Shown piece by piece: positions 63,713 to 64,000 of a stretch of 64,000 nt of DNA (positions are counted from its first letter, which is position 1; every line of letters starts with the position of its first letter). The notes below the pieces were generated by a model that did not search any database, was not told the origin of the DNA, and worked only from the letters and a program-made list of their open reading frames with translations. Where the stretch lies: IMG/VR virus record IMGVR_UViG_3300025697_002467; one strand, given 5' to 3'. The DNA comes from a virus. Its lineage: Duplodnaviria > Heunggongvirae > Uroviricota > Caudoviricetes. The translations under genes were made by a program, and so were the position numbers.

Positions 63713-63746
63713 TTTCTCTCTCCAAGATTAGGGTTAATGTTTCTTT

Positions 63747-63783
63747 CTTACTACAACAACCCACAGATTAAAGAAACTAATCC
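63747..63783 (-). promoter_or_regulatory. conserved promoter-like motif, copy 13 (variant AAACTAATCC)
   Basis: About 36 nt upstream of the ATG at 63712. Confidence 0.4.
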
Positions 63784-64000
63784 AAGCTGGTTCAATAGTC
63801 CAAATTAAAATCGTCTAGTTCGTGGTATTTATTACAAACCTCATCAACAGTTTTTAGTCTTTTTGTGATGTTGACACAAGCTATTATGCAGGCCGACCGC
63901 CTGGTGTTAGTGCAGCCTCAAGAACCAAAGAAGCATTGGCCTTTGCAGCATTCTAAAACACTTGGCTCTCCGGTACAGATTAAGCCGTTGGCACAAGCTT

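Noticed and set aside
1-64000. CRISPR arrays, rRNA genes, integrase, transposase or att sites
   Set aside because: No spacer-repeat periodicity, no rRNA-like conserved stretches, and no tyrosine or serine recombinase, transposase or IS motifs were found. The region looks like a lytic-phage accessory region rather than a prophage or integrative element.

Overview
This window reads as an accessory region of a large lytic dsDNA phage, almost entirely transcribed on the minus strand up to about 45 kb. It carries roughly 30 minus-strand tRNA genes arranged in islands. At least five HNH endonuclease genes and two paralogous zinc-finger/Vsr-like nuclease genes are intercalated among the tRNA islands. 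Nucleotide-metabolism genes are present: RNase HII, dCMP deaminase, dUTPase, a dNMP-kinase-like P-loop kinase, guanylate kinase and a CYTH-domain protein. An unusually complete NAD+ salvage and ADP-ribose-processing module is encoded: nicotinamidase, NAPRT/NAMPT-family phosphoribosyltransferase, NMNAT, NadE, Nudix, a macro-thioesterase fusion and an ADP-ribosylglycohydrolase. A Hanks-type Ser/Thr kinase, a PP2C phosphatase and a vWA protein sit beside an N6A/N4C DNA methyltransferase, and a C5 DNA methyltransferase lies further on. Also present are a flotillin-like SPFH membrane protein, a SpoU tRNA methyltransferase and a PTH2-like hydrolase. A short plus-strand operon encodes a SAM-dependent methyltransferase, an HU-like protein and a RelA/SpoT-type alarmone hydrolase. 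A sigma-70-family sigma factor gene is present. A 35-bp bipartite motif (CAACAACCCAC-N9-AAACTAAGCC on the plus strand) recurs at least 13 times upstream of operons and is most likely a phage promoter. Several tRNA-like elements with non-canonical architecture and two ~830-bp ORF-free structured regions remain unexplained. No CRISPR array, rRNA gene or integrase was seen. All tRNA calls were folded by eye and need tRNAscan-SE or ARAGORN confirmation.
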